From the human T2T-CHM13v2.0 reference genome, Homo sapiens: a DNA stretch of 64,000 nt. Positions within the stretch are counted from its first letter, which is position 1; each line of letters opens with the position of its first letter. Positions 1-13,012 of the stretch are shown here, in pieces. A program made the position numbers and the translations under genes. A model generated the notes under the pieces. It saw only the letters and a list, made by a program, of their open reading frames with translations. It was not told the origin of the DNA and did no database searches. The stretch lies in assembly GCF_009914755.1 (NCBI RefSeq), contig NC_060927.1; one strand, 5' to 3'.

Positions 1-375
1 CTCACTCTGTTGATTGTGTTCTTCGATGCACAGAACTTTTAAAACTTAATGTAGTCCAGTTTATCAATTTTTGCTTTTGTAGCCTGTACTTTTGGTGTCA
101 TATCTAAGAAATCATTGCCAAAGCCAATGTCATGAAGATTTTCCCCAGTGTTTTCTTCCAAGAGTTTTACAATTTTAGCTCTTACGTTTATGTCTCCCAT
201 CTATTTTTGTATATGGTGTGAGGTAAGGGCCCAAATGTATTTTTTTTTGTATATGTATACAAAAATGTAAATTTTTGTATATGGTGTGAGGTAAGGGCCC
301 AAATGTATTCTTTTGCTTTGGGAGATCCAGTTTTCCCAGCACCATTTGTTGAAAGGGTTGTCCTTTCTCCATTGA
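1..375 (-). mobile_element. Old L1 (L1M-type) fragment, ORF2 3' region
   Basis: Typical antisense L1 text: 'ttttggtgtcatatctaagaaatcattgcc', 'ttttgtatatggtgtgaggtaaggg', 'ccagttttcccagcaccatttgttgaa'. The minus-strand ORF reads 'FNKWCWENW...YLTPYTKI', as in L1 ORF2p. Confidence 0.9.
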
Positions 376-419
376 GAAGTCTGGGCAGCCTTGCTGAGGA
401 GTACTGGACTGTATATGTG

Positions 420-620
420 AGGGTCTGTTGCCATGGCAGGGGATCTGGGCATGTGCTCCAAGGCTTGTAGAGGCCCCAGTAGGATGGACCTTGGCCGCCC
501 ACAGTGGTTGCTTGCTCAGAGCAAACTCTGTGCTGCCTGCTTTCCTCTGCATTTCACTCCCCCTCCCTTACTTACGTTTCCTGGATAGTTTCCCAAAAAA
601 CCAACTACACCCAAGCCCTT
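420..620 (+). mobile_element. ERVL LTR16-like fragment
   Basis: 'ttcactccccctccct...tttcctggatagtttcccaaaaaaccaactacacccaagcccttgctca' resembles the LTR16 3' end. Confidence 0.45.
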
Positions 621-728
621 GCTCACTGTGTTGCCCAGGCTGATTTTGACCTCCTGGACTCAAGTGATCCTCCCGCCTTAGCCTCCCAAAGTGCTGGGAT
701 TACAAGTGTGAGCCACCCTGCCTGGCCC
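621..728 (-). mobile_element. Alu left monomer / FLAM fragment
   Basis: 'ttgcccaggctg...caagtgatcctcccgccttagcctcccaaagtgctgggattacaagtgtgagccac'. Confidence 0.9.
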
Positions 729-869
729 AAGAAATGTTTTTTTAATTTGTCTTTTTGTGATAGTAACCATGGATATTTTTAAGTATCTGGCATTTCTAAG
801 GCCTCCAATTGGCTGCTTCCACACATTTTGCATTCTTTATTCATCACAATTACTCTGAAAGGTCCCTGT

Positions 870-990
870 TACAATCTGTGCCTGATCAGAGAGAAGAGAG
901 GGGCCTGTGGAGGTTGAGTGCCAGCCCAAGGTCATGGCTGGAAGTGGCTGAGCTGGGACTGCACTGGGACTGTCTGATCCCAGATCTGGT
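870..990 (+). mobile_element. MIR fragment
   Basis: MIR core-like 'gcccaaggtcatggctggaagtggctgagctgggact...tgtctgatccc'. Confidence 0.6.
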
Positions 991-2496
991 CTCGTTCCTG
1001 CCCTGCATCAGAACCCATGGAGCTCCTGCGAAGTCTGCTTAGTGCTTCTGGGCACATCAGGAACTGGATCGTGTGCCTGCCCTCAAGGCACTGCTGCATC
1101 TCCATGAGGGGGCCCGTCTTTCTCAGCAGGGGACACTGCAGGCCCAGCCAGGCGTGGACACTAGGCATGCCCTCTCTGCAGGTAAGCAGGGTTTGGGGAA
1201 GGCTCAGAAGCTCGAGGAGCCATGCCCTCTACTGTGACCGTCAGCAGCAGAAGCTGTCATCCCCCAACTCTGAACACTGCTGTTCCAGCCTCCCCCATCA
1301 CTCCCTGTCTCCCACCCCCAGGACACAGCCCTGGTCTGGGCTCGAGGTTCTCTGCAGGCAGGAGGTAGATGAGGCCCACATTTGCTGCTGCAAGCCTCCC
1401 CCTGCAGGCTCCTTCTCTGCTAGCTGGATGGGCTACTGTTGCCTTTTCACAGCTGACAACTCCAGATGGACTTGATACACACACTTCTCCACGTCAGAGT
1501 GAGAGGTCACAAACGGGGTGTGTGTGGAAGGGAATCCCTGACCAGCCGGTGGCTGCAGGAAGCCTCCCAGGGTAGCCAAGAAAGTATGCAGTTGACCTGC
1601 AAGTGCAATCAGAAGATGAGTGTTCCAAGCAAAGGGCTCAGCGTGTGCAGAGGCACAGACCAGATGCCCCTGGAGCAGCAGGACCAGCCCTGCAAGGTTG
1701 GATTGTGGTGGCGGTGTGAGTGCTAAGCAGTCATGCAGTTCATGAGCTCAGCAGTGGCAGCTGTGAGGGGAGCCTGTCCACTTCCATAGGCTCAACCAGC
1801 AAGGACACAGCGAGCCCACATGATTCAGTCTGTTACACAGATGGCAAAGGCAAGATCAGCCTGGTGTTAGCCCCTGCAACCCCCTGGTCCTCCAGCACGA
1901 CACTGGGCCAGATGACACAGTGGTGGGTCCTTAACTACAGGCAAGCAGTCCTGTTGTTCGCTGCTGCATCTGGAGGAGGAGGACCAAGAAGGACCCTGGC
2001 GTGGCTGGAACTGGGAGGAGGGTGAAAAATGGCCTTGTGACAGCTCTTCATAGTGCCATCTGTCTTCCCGGTTCTCAGGGAATTCCATCACAGTGAGGGC
2101 TGTACTAAGGTGGAGCCTCACCTGCACAGCCAGAGTGGGGACCTGCAGGTGGTCTGTGGCCTCCCCTTGGCCCTAGTGCCCCCAGCACCAGGGTAGCTGG
2201 CCCAGGTGGAGGCTGCATTAGACACCTTCATGGCTCCGAGAGGGTGGCATCTTCATGGGAGTGTGAGCTGCCTGCCATTAGCCCCACAAGAGGCTGGCTT
2301 GGGTGTGCCTGTCTTTGCCTGTTCAAAGGGGCCAGGCTGTCCAAACAGACACTGGATCAAGGACAAGTGCAGCACAGGTTAAACCACTCTCCCGTCACTG
2401 TAGAATCTCACCATGGCTCAGGGTAACTTCCCCTGGTGCATTTCTTTCTCTATGTCTAGCTCATCATATGAGATATAAAAGAGGAAAAGACACAAG

Positions 2497-3000
2497 CTGG
2501 TTATCTATTGCTGAGTAACATATTCTCTGAAAACTCAGTCTTAAAACAACAATATCCTAGGCTAGGAATTGGGATAGGTACAGTTGAGAAATTCTCCTGT
2601 TTCATGTGGCATAGGGCTAGGTGCCTCACTGGTCTGCAGTTGCCAGCTGAGTGGTCTAGAGGGCTAAGGGCAGCTCCCTCCTGTGTGGCACCTGGCAGAG
2701 ATGGCCGGACAGCTGGTCTCACCTGCATCTTCAGAGTCTCAGTGGGGCCCCTCTGTGTAACTTGGGCTTCCTGGTGTAGCAGTACAAGCCACAGTACCTC
2801 TGCAAATGCTGAAGCTGAGTTGCATGGCTGCCCAGGGTGGTCGACTCTTACTGGCCCTCAGGGCTCCTGGGGGCAGGCAGCGGCTCGCTGTCTGTCTAGA
2901 GGCTGGGCTCAGCACTGGCCTCTTCTGTGGGCCCAGCAGGCCTCGGGGCCAGCCTGGATTCAGAATGGAGTCAAGCTCTAGCTCTAATGGCAGGAAGAGC
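2497..3000 (-). mobile_element. MaLR LTR (MLT1H/I-like)
   Basis: Starts 'ggttatctattgctgagtaaca...aaaactcagtcttaaaacaaca', a typical antisense MLT1 end. Confidence 0.65.
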
Positions 3001-3819
3001 AAAGACTGTTCCACGAAAAAAAAAAATCACCCACAGATCATTCGACCTTCCTTATTTAAGACTGCAACATATTTTCTTCAAGTCTTTTTTTAAAAACCAT
3101 ATTGTGATCATATGTTCTGCTTTTTTAACTTAACATTCCACTTTGAACATTTTCCTAGGTCACCAAAACTTCTTCCTAAGTTCCATTTTTGATCTTTGTA
3201 GGCATGCACCATGATATATGTAACTGCCTCCTGACAGCGAAACATTTAGGTTTTCCTCTTCTTTGATAGCAGAGATGCGGCTGCCCTAGCTATCTTTTAT
3301 GGAAACCCTTGCTTTGCTTTGCTTTCCAAGGTGCCATCAGTCTCGCCTGCTGGTACTGTGTGGAGCCTGCCCCTGGCCTCCCCTCCCTGCCTGGGCCTAG
3401 GCCTGATGCCCTCCTCTTGTGGCTTTTGCCTCGTTGAGCTGTTCGCCATGCACATGCTTGGCCCGTTCCCTGGGCTGGGACTCTCTTTCCTTGGTGTTTC
3501 CTATAAGGCTCCCACTTCTCAGTGTTGGAGCCTGAAGCACCTCATAGAGCTAATGGTGGAATCTTCACCTTGGTCTGTGCCCAGCAGCCAGGGAGGCTGG
3601 AAAGTGGATGTTTGCAATTCTCATTTAGGGAGCCAGATTTCCACTCCAGGAAACTAATAGCAAATGAATGAATAAATGATAGTGAATGAATAGTGATAGT
3701 GAACCTCAAGCATTCCAAGAGTTTGGGGCAGCCATGAGTGACAGGTGTCCATCACATGTGGCAATGCCATTCCCCATTGCAGATGATGTCTAGGGGATGC
3801 AAAGGAAGAGGTTATGATT

Positions 3820-3935
3820 CTTGTCTGACAAGTAAGGCATGGTGAGAGGAAGTCATTTGCCCAAGGTCACACAGCCACTGCGAGGCTGAGCAGAGGCTCT
3901 GATTCTAGTCTGTTCATCTGCAAACCCAAGCTCTG
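3820..3935 (+). mobile_element. MIR fragment
   Basis: 'aagtcatttgcccaaggtcacacagcc'. Confidence 0.75.
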
Positions 3936-4134
3936 GTGGGTACCTGGGGTGTGACTACTGCAGAAGCTCAGCTGTGTAGTCGGAGCCACCAAAGGACAGG
4001 GGCAACCTGGGGAGAAGCCGCTGCATGTTCTGCCTTGGCTTCCCTGATCCTATTCTCAGCCTGGAGGCTGGGGTGAAGGAAGGGGCTCCCGCATCCTGAC
4101 CTCCCAGCCAGCAACCAACAGGAGGGAAGGCTTC

Positions 4135-4346
4135 TTCTCCCAACTGCAGCCCACAGGCCAAATCGAACCTGCCACCTGTTTCAGTGAATCAAGATTTATT
4201 AGAACACAGCCACACCTATTCTCTAGGTTTCATGGCTGCTTTCAAGCTATGGCCGTAGAGTAAAGCAGTTTGACAGAGACTGCGTGGCCCCCAAGCCAAA
4301 GATACTTACATTTGTCCCTTTGCAGAAAAAGCTTTCCAACTCCTGG
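4135..4346 (+). mobile_element. MER58A hAT-Charlie DNA transposon
   Basis: 'gcccacaggccaaatc...tttattagaacacagccacacc...ggctgctttc...cctttgcagaaaaagctttccaactcctg' follows the MER58A consensus. Confidence 0.85.
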
Positions 4347-4599
4347 TCTGTCCTTGTCCTCAGGCCTAGACCTGTCATTCAAACTTTGGACCTTGAAAGT
4401 ATTGTATCTCTCCAGAGTCCTTTAGGAACATGCAAACCATCCTGCCTGGAGGGCAACTGTCAGGATTGTCCCATTCCTGTGTCCTCACACCTTCTTTTCA
4501 GATGTTTTCTCACTGTGACTCGATGGTCCTGATGGGTCATTGAGGGCAGGGACAATTGGAAATAGATGGCTTGGGATCAGCTTCTGGAATAACCACTTT

Positions 4600-5110
4600 T
4601 TCAGGACTGTTTGGACTGTAAGTGACAATCCCAACTCAAACAAGCTCTGGCAAAAACAGAAACCTACTGGCTCAAATAACCCGAAGTCCCCAATTATTTT
4701 TGGCTTCAGGCATGGCTGGATCCAGGTGCTTAAAAGCTGTCTCTCTACCCTTTGGCTCTGGTTTCCTCTGCATTGACTTCATTCTCAGGCAGGCTTTTGC
4801 TATGTGATTAGCCAAGAAGTCCACCAATGACCAAAGGCTGAAGCCTTCCACCAGACAGAGTCTTACCCCAGTAGCTTCTGTCAAAGTCCTTAGAAAGAGC
4901 TCCGGGGCTAAGTACTGACACCTTCCACTGCTCACTGTGGTTGGGGCATGGATCAGTTTCGCTGCCCAGGCTTGGGTCAGGACCTGGGGCTGGGTCCATT
5001 CCACTCGGTTACAAGAGCTGAGAGTAGAGGTGGGAGGGCTCCCCCGGGATGCCCTTCTGTTAGTAGATGGGAGTGGGGCAGAAACACGCTGGCAGAGGAG
5101 CAGGCATCCT
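4600..5110 (-). mobile_element. MaLR LTR (MLT1K/L-like)
   Basis: 'tcaggactgtttggactgtaagtgacaatcccaactcaaac...ggcttcaggcatggctggatccagg...cttcattctcaggcaggct'. Confidence 0.75.
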
Positions 5111-5954
5111 CCGCAGGCCCGCCCCATCCCTGGCCCACTGCTGACGGCAGCCCTGGTGCTGTGCTCCCTGCTCTTCTGGGCTTCACTTTGCCTTGTAGCC
5201 TTCACTGCATGTGGGGCCCCGTCCTGGTCCTGAGCGCACAGTCACTTGTGCTCCTGACCCCTATACCCGCCTCTGGTCACATTAACTTCCTGAGGGGCTC
5301 CTGTGGCTGCTGTCCCGATCTGGGAACTCAGAGGAGGCCCCAGGCCACGGAGGAGGCGGGAATGGCAGGCTGGGCTGATGGGATGGCCTGAGCAGGTTCG
5401 GGGTTGGTGTGACCTGGCAGGAGGAAGTGAGCGCAGGGCCACGCATGGCCAAACCAGGAGGTAGATAGCTGAGTGGCCAAGATCCTTGCTGCCAGGTGGG
5501 GGAGATGAGGGCCTGTAGAGACCCTGAAGGGAGCCCAGGGCCAGCTCTAGAGGGGGGATTTGGAGCCATTTAAGAGGCTCTCTGTTGGACCCTGGGGTCA
5601 GAGAGATAGAAACACCCAGACACCTCCAGGGGTTCCGCCATGCCAGAGGAAGACAGATAATCAGGCAAGCAAGCTCAGGGCTCCTTGGAGAAAGGGACTC
5701 CTGAGAAGAGGATTGAGAGGCACCTAGGTACAGGGACAGGGTGGGCTGAGCAAACCATCTTGCAGTCCCACAGGACCCGAGATGACTTTTGAGGGCCCCA
5801 AGGGATGGGGGCAAGTGAGGTGCTAGTGGAAGACTCCAGCCCTCCAGGGTTGGGCCAGTCCAGGCTGAGAAGGCAGGGCTGGCGGACTCCATGCTTCCCA
5901 CAGCCAGGGCCCCAGGGTGCCCGCCACAGCTGAGACCCCGCACAGCCACAGAAG

Positions 5955-6430
5955 AAGGGCATGAACTTAATTTTAATAATCAGAGTGGATTAGAAATAAT
6001 ATTGCATTGGGAATTCTCCTCTTCCAATTTTGCAGACTCTCTGGAGATAATTGGAGGCCCTCTGGTGTGTCAGAACCCAGGGTGGGGAGTCCTGGGGCGG
6101 GGGCGCGAATCGCTGCTGCTGAGCCATCTGCTCCTGCCCGGCTCTCCAGTGCGGCAGATTCTAAATGTGCTTATTTAGTCATTTCCCCCCCAAAGTCGTT
6201 GCGATTCCTAGGGATGTTTTTGAGATGGACGGCTTACCCCAGGAACCAGTTGGACTGCTCCTCTTATTTTATACAGGGGGAAACTGAGGGCCGGGAAGGG
6301 GGAACGAGTTGCTGGAAGCCGGGAGCTGGGCACCGGGGAGGTGGGAAGGAAGAGGATGTCCCCGCAGGCGCTGACAGCAGGGTCTTTGCCACTCAGCAGC
6401 GTGGGGGTCCACGCTGGATGCCAGGGTGGG
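5955..6430. promoter_or_regulatory. Candidate cis-regulatory element (non-repeat, CpG-retaining)
   Basis: TAAT-rich block at 5965-6010, GC-box 'ggggcggggg' at ~6094, and locally raised CpG density. Confidence 0.35.
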
Positions 6431-6660
6431 GAGGAGAGGCTGGTGAAGGTTCTACATCTTCTTTGAAGGTCACCTTCGCCAAATGCCACCTGCCAAAACA
6501 AGCTCCTGACTCACACCAGCTGCTCTTGCCCCAGACTTGACTTCTCACCCACCAACATGCCCACCCCCTCAGATCTTGGCTCTGGTGAGTGCCAAGGTGG
6601 AAAATGAAATTGCAAATTCAGTTAAGCCGGGGCTCAGTGGTAACAGCTTGATGGGTGGTT

Positions 6661-6664
<4 letters not shown>

Positions 6665-6708
<44 letters not shown>

Positions 6709-6712
6709 CACA
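6665..6712. repeat. (CA)n microsatellite with one interruption
   Basis: Read directly from the sequence. Confidence 0.98.
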
Positions 6713-6739
6713 GTGCTTAGAGTACATGCTGCCTTAATT

Positions 6740-7050
6740 CAGGACTTTCATACTCAAATACCTATGGAGGCCAGTAGGTGAGACTACAGGGAGTGGTGGG
6801 GACTGTGGCAAACTGGAGTGCACCGCCCATCTAAAGGGGCAGCAGCTGCTCATCTCTAGGCAACGGTTGCCATGCGGGAATGCCAGCCCAGAGTGGCTAA
6901 ATCTTGAGGGCTTTTTGAAAGAAGTTGAGAATTCTGATTTTTAAATGAAGACTTCACATTTTTAAATGTTGGCTACTTACTCAAATTTTTATAAAACACT
7001 AAGTGGGCCATACAAAAATAAATCTGTCAGCTGGATTCATCCTGCAGGCT
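6740..7050 (+). mobile_element. MER102 hAT-Charlie DNA transposon
   Basis: 'ctcaaatacctatggaggccag...gggactgtggcaaactggag...ctaaaggggcagcagct...gttgccatgcgggaatgc...tttttaaatgttggcta'. Confidence 0.85.
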
Positions 7051-7922
7051 TCTTCATCTGAGAAAGGGACCTTGCGATGGCGATAAAAATACTGATTGGT
7101 GGGGAGGAGGAATAAATGTTTAGTACTTGTCAGTTATTTATCAAGTGCATGTTGGCGCCGGGAGTACTGCGACAAACCAGACCAACAGGGCTTCTCCTCT
7201 GGTAGGGAGACTGCTTGACACAAGTGATCCCCTTAGTCATCACCGAACAACCATGCGGGCGCAGCCCTTCGTGACCCGGTGCTGTGTGGGGAAAGTCCAT
7301 GCCCCAGTGTCGGCCCCACAGCCCGGTGCCCCATCGGAGAGGCTGAAGAGTCGCTTACCTGCGGATGGGCTCCCTGGGGCCTCTGTAGACAGAGAACTGG
7401 AAGGGGGAGTGGGTGGTGCCCCAGAAGCCTCTCTTGCTGCAGCACCAGCACCCCCAGCCAGAGATTCAGAGCAGATGAATAAGGCTGGGCAGCCCTGAAG
7501 GCCCAGGTCTCATGGTCCTGCATTCAGGAAACTTCCGTTGACTTACACTATGAAGCAAGATGGAAAGAAATGCAAATCCCTATGTCCATTCGTGTGCCTG
7601 TCTCCAGGAAGCCTGACTGGTCTTGTTGCTGGCGTCTCTTGTCCTATCTGCCTCTCACTCCTCTCTCTGAGGCCCTGAGACAGGTGCCAGGTTTTCATAC
7701 AACACCGCTATATTGGCTATGGTGGGTGCGGGGAGGGGCGGTTGGCTGAGCTGGCTGATGGCAGGGCGTTCCTGAGAGGTTTTTGAACTGGAACTAAACA
7801 AGAATGGCAGAAGCCATCAGCAGCCACGCTTCTCCCAGCAGGGGAGAAGCCGGCCTCAGCCAGAGAGGAGAAACCACTGATCAGAAAGGAGCTGGGATGG
7901 GACTAGGAGGGGAGCGTCCTAG

Positions 7923-8334
<412 letters not shown>

Positions 8335-8367
8335 TTATTTATTTTTTAATTTTTAAAAATTGTGATA

Positions 8368-8660
<293 letters not shown>

Positions 8661-8970
8661 TTGTATCATAAAATACATATAACATAAAATTCACCATCTT
8701 AATTTTTAAGTGCACAGTTCAGTGGCACTCAGTGCATTCGCACTGTTGTGCAAACATCACCACTGTCCAGCTCCATAACTCTTTTCATCTTGCAAACCTG
8801 AACCTCTGTCTCCATTAAACTCCCCATGCCCTCCTCCCAGCCCCTGGCACCCACTCTTCCACTGTGTGTCCCTGTGAGTTTGGCTACACTAGTGCTTCGT
8901 ACAGTGGAGCTGGGCATTGTTTGTCCTTTGGAGGCTGCCTCATTGCACTCAGCCTAATGTCCTCAATCTA
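8661..8970 (-). mobile_element. L1MB-like 3' end
   Basis: 'aacataaaattcaccatcttaatttttaagtgcacagttcagtggca...ctgttgtgcaa...cagcccctggcaccca'. Confidence 0.85.
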
Positions 8971-11339
8971 ACAGCCATCCTCTTTCCGGAGCAAGTTCAA
9001 GTGGGGATTCTGTCACATGCAAACAAAATGACAATGACTAATTCAATCATTACGGCTTTTGAAAAAGCAAGGTAATTAAAACCACAATATAGAAAAATGT
9101 TGAAAGAAACACAAACATTGATGCTTAAGGTAAAAACCTTCTTTTATTCACTAAACTCAACTGGCCTGGCCACTGCCTGATGGAAGTGATGACTTTTCTT
9201 TCGCTTTTTTTCTTACGTAGGTGGCTGCTGCCCAGCCATCCCATCCACAGTCCTGTGCCTGCTTTGCCCTGAACCCTCAGACACTGGCTACACATGAGGG
9301 CGCTGTGCCAGGTGGCCTCTCACCGGTGCTGGGTTGCCATTTGTGGGTTCAGGTGCAGGTCAGAAAATGCTAGAGTTCTCCTCAGGCAGGTAGGGCTTTT
9401 TTGCTCCCCGCTTAGCAGCCCTCAATGGCAAAGCATTCTCTGCGTGGTCCCCACAGCCTTTGTGGGTTTACCATGTAGCTTTCCGTGGACACACACACTT
9501 CCCAGTGCCAGCAGGGCCAAATATTTAAACCACTCATTTGCTCTAACCCAATAGCTGGTTATGCCCAGGCTGGGCGGGCTAGAGGGCCGCACTCCACCTT
9601 TTCCTGTCCTGGGTCCTTCTGCATGGAGGCTTTGTCCTGGGACTGTCCCCAGCCTCCTCTTCTCCAGTATAAAACAGAAACCAGGGCTAAACAGCTCACA
9701 CATCAGGCTCCAGCCAGCACAGACCCCAAAGATGCCTGGGGCCAAAGTGGTGTCTGGACTCTGAGGGATGAAGGTGGAGGAGAGTTCAAGGGGGAGGCTT
9801 GGTGGGGTCAACTTGAGGAGGGGACCGCTCAGGACTGGGTGATGAGGCATTTTTGGGGGTTGGCTGCTGTGAGTAACTCAGGGAAGTTCCTTTTCAGGAG
9901 AATGAAACCTAATGGAGGCTGCCCCAGCCCCAGGAGCCCCATGGCCAATGACTGGTGACATGGCCCTCATGGTAGGGACAGCTCGGTGCTGCAACTCAGA
10001 GCTCCCGGGAAGCTCCAATCTCCAGCTGATACCACATCTCTGCTTAGCTCCTTCCCAGCCCCACCTTAATCCCTTCCTTCCTTCTCCTGAGAGCCTCACT
10101 CAGAAGACAGGTCTGCCTGAATCTTCCTCAGGCTCTGCCTCCAGCAAACCCTGCACGGGGCAGAGCTGGGGGCAGGATAAGATGGCAAACAAGAAACAAA
10201 TCTAGGAGTTCTGGAAGTAAGAGGAGCTGGGACTGGAAGGCACTGGGTTTGGTGAGCAAGGCCAGGAGCCAGGCAGTGGGGCTGGGGAGACGTCATCTTA
10301 GAGAGGGGTGGGCCGGGCTCCACATCAACAGTTCCTGCGAGCCCCCTGCTCTGCTCCCTGGAGGTTGGCAGGATCATTGCAGGGTGTACCTCTTGGGAAC
10401 TCAGGGTGGCTTGGGGTGGACCCTGATGATCTATTTCAGTAGCTCTGCATTGAGTTCATAGATCTCAGGGAACAGTGACTAACATTATGAAGTTAGGGTT
10501 TCTGGGCTATTGTTCCTCAGGTAAACAGAGAAGAAGAATGAGGAAGCTGATCATGGTATGTGGGTATGTGGATGCGGCACGTGTCCTGTTGGTAGTAGCT
10601 GGATGGCAGTGGTTTGAGAAACGGTTTTGTGGGATGGACTTAGGGTTGGGGTGAGGTGGTTGGGATCAGGGCCTGGGGCTGTAACACTCCCACCCTGTGA
10701 GTAGGCGTCCAGGGCTGCATGAAGTCCCCAGGGCAGGCGGTGCCTCTGGGCTCCAAGCACAGGCCTCGGGGGGCTCCATCTGCCCACAAAGTCACCCCAA
10801 GGCCCCAGCCTGAGTTTGCCTGCCCAGTCTATGCTCACCCCAGTCCCAGGGGCCCTCTCTCTCTTGGCAGGGCAGTTTAGAAACAAAAGACTAGGTGTGG
10901 CCCCAGATGTGGGGTCCCTGCTACATCCGTGCCATGCCCTTGAGGGGATCACAATGTCCTTTTGCCAAAAACCAGCGCCCATTCAACTTCAAGTGTTCAG
11001 AAGGCCGAACTTTCTACTGCTCCTGTAAGAAAAAGGAACAGGTCCCATCCACGAAGCTCAGAACTGTGACTCCCAGGTGGGAAAGCAGCTCGATTGTATG
11101 CCAATGTGTCTACCTGAGAGGAGGGGATGGGCCTGCCCAGGAGACAGGAGAGAAGAGCTGCTCACAGAAGCCTCTCCAACCCAGTACCCTGCACCCCTGC
11201 AACCGAGGCTGCAGAGGAGTAGCAGAGATGGAAACGGGGAACCCGGAGCCACGAGTGCCCAGGAATCGTTCACCCCTCACTGCATCCCTCTGAGCCAGTG
11301 ACCTCCAGGCCTGCTGGGCACAAGGGGGGATCCCGGGCT

Positions 11340-11637
11340 GCCACCAGCCACACAGAAACTGAGTCCTCTGTGGGCAGCCAGAGCGGGGATGTGCGGTGAG
11401 CATTCAGTGCAGGCCCCATGTCAAAGGCGTAGTCCCCCAAAAAGAACAGAAAAGACCTCTTTGATCATTTTTGTATCGAATACATAATGGAGTGCTAACA
11501 TTTTAGATATATTCAGTAAAATAAAATATATATTGAAAATTAATTTCACCTGTACCTTTTTACTTTTTAAAAATGTGGCTTGCAAAACATTTAAAATCAT
11601 GCGTGTGGCTCTCATGACATTCCCGTGGACAGCGCTG
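11340..11637 (+). mobile_element. MER33 hAT-Charlie DNA transposon
   Basis: 'aaataaaatatatattgaaaattaatttcacctg...aatgtggct...tggacagcgctg' terminus. Confidence 0.85.
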
Positions 11638-11749
11638 ATATGGCTGACAGACGCTTGAATGAATGAAGGCTTGAACACAGTCAGGGCCGTGGGCTGGGGC
11701 CCCCGCCTGGGGGTGGAGGAGAAGGCCCCACCTGTGCCTGGGAAGCGGT

Positions 11750-11842
11750 GCACCTCTCTGTGAGGCCCAGCTTCATCTGCCGATGAGGGTAATGGTTGTG
11801 CCTGTCGTCCAGGGCTGTTGTGAGGGTTAAATGAGATTGTCA
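11750..11842 (-). mobile_element. MIR fragment
   Basis: 'cacctctctg...cttcatctg...agggctgttgtgagggttaaatgagat'. Confidence 0.7.
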
Positions 11843-12669
11843 TCAACAAGGGTGAGAAATCATGAAATCCGCACACGAGGAGGCTCTCCCTGTTGCTCTG
11901 TAATGTGTCTGTGAAGCTGAAGGTACTGTCAGGGGATAATTCTCAAACCTTTTGTTGACCCGCAGGCTGTCAGCCAGTGGGTGAGGGGACTTCAGTTGGG
12001 AAGGGTCTGGGGTCAGGAGGCTTGGGCTTAAGTCAACTGGGCCTGGCACCCTTTCCAGCAGAAAAGTCCCTTGCACACTCACTAATAACAGCAGCCTCCA
12101 CCTTCCAGGAGGGTAGGGTCCCATGCCGCTGCCTGCCCAGGGTCTTGGGTGAGCAGGGGCTGTTTGTGGGAGAAAATGGGGTTGGGTCCATGGAAGGAGA
12201 GGTGTGAGGCTTTTGATGAAGTGACAGCTGTCTGTGGGCCTTCTACACAGAGTGCACTGGGTGGAGAAAGCCCCTTGTCACCCCATGCACTCCCACCTCC
12301 CAGACCTGCTCAGCCAGAGGTGGAGAAAGGATGGCTCTGGACAGTGACAGGAGAGGAAGGGGTTTCCCTGCAGGGCGATGACCTGGCTTGTGCCTTAGAG
12401 GCAGGTGAATGTGTCCGCAAGAGGTGCGCCCAAGCAGAGGCAAATGGAGTGGAGATCCTGGGCCATCCCTGGCTCCTGGGCCTTTTCCTGATGCCTTTGA
12501 GGCTGGATTCTGGGCTCACACTTTCTCCTGCAACTCACGTTTTCGCAGGTGTCTCATGTTCCACCTGGGTTGGTCTACATGTGAGTGTTTCCAGAGGGGG
12601 TTGAAATGATGAGTGGGAAGTAGCAGAGCTACTGGGTCTCTCATCCATCTTTTGATTTCAGCAGGAAGC

Positions 12670-12992
12670 CCCACCTCACATGCCCATGGGGGCTGGCGGG
12701 GACCAGTGAAGCAGGCTGGTTCCAGACAGCAGTGAGCAGCGGGGGCTGGGCTGAAAGGGAGAGTATGGCCCGCAGAGGGGCAGTAGCTGCCCAGCTGAGG
12801 CCGATGCTTTCATGGGGAAATGTGGGCTCAGTTTTTCCAGGACTTTCTGTTTCTGGAGAAGTTAGAAAACTAGATTTGGGGGTAAAATCTAATTTGTAAA
12901 TATTAGCAATAGTTCAATAATGATGATGATGATGACAGCATTATGTGGGCCAAATGAAACACATTATGGGGGGAATCCATTTGTGGCTTTGG
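12670..12992 (+). mobile_element. Second, more diverged MER102-like element
   Basis: Colinear with 6740-7050: 'gaggggcagtagctgcccagct...catggggaaatgtgggctcag...tgtgggccaaatgaaacac'. Confidence 0.7.
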
Positions 12993-13012
12993 ACTAGGGG
13001 TTCTGACCTCTT

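Noticed and set aside
175-552. ORFs with repeated 'YLTPYTKI' motifs
   Set aside because: Decayed L1 ORF2 remnant plus the local 39-bp duplication.
2181-2202. REST/NRSE-like site 'cccagcaccagggtagct'
   Set aside because: The right half-site (GGACAG) and the spacing do not match.
4777-4795. 'cttcattctcaggcaggct' shared with ~20071-20089
   Set aside because: Explained by two copies of the same MLT1 LTR family.
6163-6177. 15-mer aaatgtgcttattta shared with 46933-46947
   Set aside because: About two exact 15-mer pairs are expected by chance in 64 kb (64000^2/2/4^15), more for AT-rich words.
4672-6540. Overlapping 150-235 aa ORFs
   Set aside because: GC-rich chance ORFs on both strands, partly inside an LTR, many with non-ATG starts and no recognisable protein family.
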